From contig CM069159.1 of assembly GCA_035221665.1 (NCBI GenBank), forward strand, positions 20,212,001-20,276,000: a stretch of 64,000 bases of DNA. The letters are read 5' to 3'. Source of the stretch: Okamejei kenojei (taxonomy: Eukaryota). Below the pieces are notes generated by a model. The model searched no databases and was not told the origin of the DNA. It saw only the letters and a list, made by a program, of their open reading frames with translations. The position numbers and the translations under genes were made by a program. This document shows, one piece after another, positions 62,581 through 64,000 of this stretch; position 1 is the stretch's first letter, and each line of letters starts with the position of its first letter.

Positions 62581-62777
62581 TATGAACGATGTGAAGATGA
62601 GTTGGTTGATTGTCACCTGAGGTGGGCCACGACAGATAAGCAGATAATAAAACTAGAAATGGCATGAAAAAGAGTACACTTACCCAGCAATCAATGAAGT
62701 ATGCACAAAAGCTGCTTTGGTGCCCTTTTGAGTTCATAAATTGGAAATGAAGTTGGAATAAGTTGAAACAGCAGTGT

Positions 62778-63033
62778 AAGACACAGCATCAAAACAGGCC
62801 CTTTGGCTCCCCGAGTCCACGCCGATCATCAGCTAGCGGTTCACACCAGTTTCATGTTATCCCACTTTCTCATCCACACATTAGGGGCAATTTACTGAGG
62901 CCAATTAACCTACAAATCCACACATCTTTGGAATGTGGGACCCAGAGGAAACTCCACACAGACAACGCCTGAGTCAGGATCGAACCCGGGCGTCTCGGGC
63001 ACTATGAGGCAACAATTCTACCAGTTGTGCCAC
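62778..63033 (-). mobile_element. HE1-like V-SINE
   Basis: AAACAGGCCCTTTGGC..GCCAATTAACCTACAAA..TTTGGAATGTGGGA..CAGGATCGAACCCGGG. Confidence 0.85.
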
Positions 63034-63911
63034 TATCCCGTTATTATTTAATATTTACATCAATAAAAGAATGCAATGCTCAAGAATTAAAAATAAGAAT
63101 GGCTTTTCAGTGGAGAGATATTTTAATGAACATTTTTATCCCATATTTTGCAACTTGCAATCTTGAGCATGAATGTTTCTTCTTTTCTCTGCATATATCC
63201 TTGATTTTTCTGGATATGCTTATTTAAAAATTCAGTCCTTGCATCAGTTTCAAAATATTCTTTGTGAAGCAGACAAAGTTCTTGTATGATTGACATGAAT
63301 TACAGGTTCCCACCTGTTCTAAAAGGGACTGTAAGATGCAAGCCTCTGCTGTGTTCATTACAGCCGGTACATGTACAATGGAAAATAATGAGGATTCAAG
63401 GATTCAGATATCTTGCCTTCATGTAAAAGGATCAGAAGTGTGAAGGTGAGCCTAAATCATCAAACTGCATGCTTTGCTTGAATGCTGCCATTTGGGAACC
63501 TGAATTTACACAGGCAGACAGGCATTGAGCTACAGAAGTGCACTGCAATAATTAAACCCACAACACTGCCAGCAAACAACGAGCCTGTTTTTACAGAACC
63601 TGGTTTGGAGAAGTTATGACCAAAGGTGACCTTTCTGTAGACGCAGATGTTTTGGCTCTCAAGCACTTTTCTGTTAGTTTCCACCCAGAGAACCAGACTG
63701 CTAGGCCGGGTTGCTTGTTGGGCAAGAGAAGGCACTGGAATAGACTGCAGAATAGACTATGGTCAGAGAAACATTTCAGATGGAAGGAGCTGAGGGTCAG
63801 ATGGAGGTCATTAGGTGGAGAAGGGATGGAAAAGACATTGTTTCTTACTAATCCACAGGCGGTGGTGTTAAAGCCCTTTCCTTACATATTCAGGTGATTC
63901 TACTCTTCTGC

Positions 63912-63995
63912 GATACAATACAATACGCTACGATATGAGACGATACTGATACGACACGATACAGTATGATATGATACGATACAATATGATATTAT
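63912..63995. repeat. Degenerate pentanucleotide repeat (GATAC/GATAT/AATAC)
   Basis: Directly visible; may be the tail of an element that continues past the window. Confidence 0.85.
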
Positions 63996-64000
63996 ACCAT

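Noticed and set aside
1-64000. Most ORFs in the supplied track as host genes
   Set aside because: They are short, lack recognisable domains, and either overlap repeats or are expected by chance.

Overview
AT-rich eukaryotic non-coding DNA. The repeat content (HE1-type V-SINEs, SacSINE1-type Deu-SINEs, HER1-like CR1 LINEs) points to a cartilaginous fish, probably a skate or ray; this is an inference. I recognise no host protein-coding gene, tRNA or rRNA gene. Every protein-like ORF I can recognise belongs to a retrotransposon: CR1, Rex1/Babar, Penelope GIY-YIG, L2, RTE, and one Vingi/Ingi-like fragment. The main structural theme is roughly 25-30 short copies of a Penelope-like element (PLE) terminal repeat. 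Many are inverted (fold-back) pairs, several have 9-17 bp flanking direct repeats, and their consensus carries a minimal hammerhead-ribozyme-like core. The window also has Harbinger-type MITEs, a Tc1 relic, a nested retrotransposon stack (54-57.6 kb), several repeat-free blocks that could be conserved regulatory elements, and three weak candidate exons. It looks like a large intron or a gene desert. I see no convincing wholly new biological system; the PLE/hammerhead mini-elements and the Vingi-like insertion are the best leads. Boundaries of old repeats are approximate, and family names come from recalled consensus features, not database searches.
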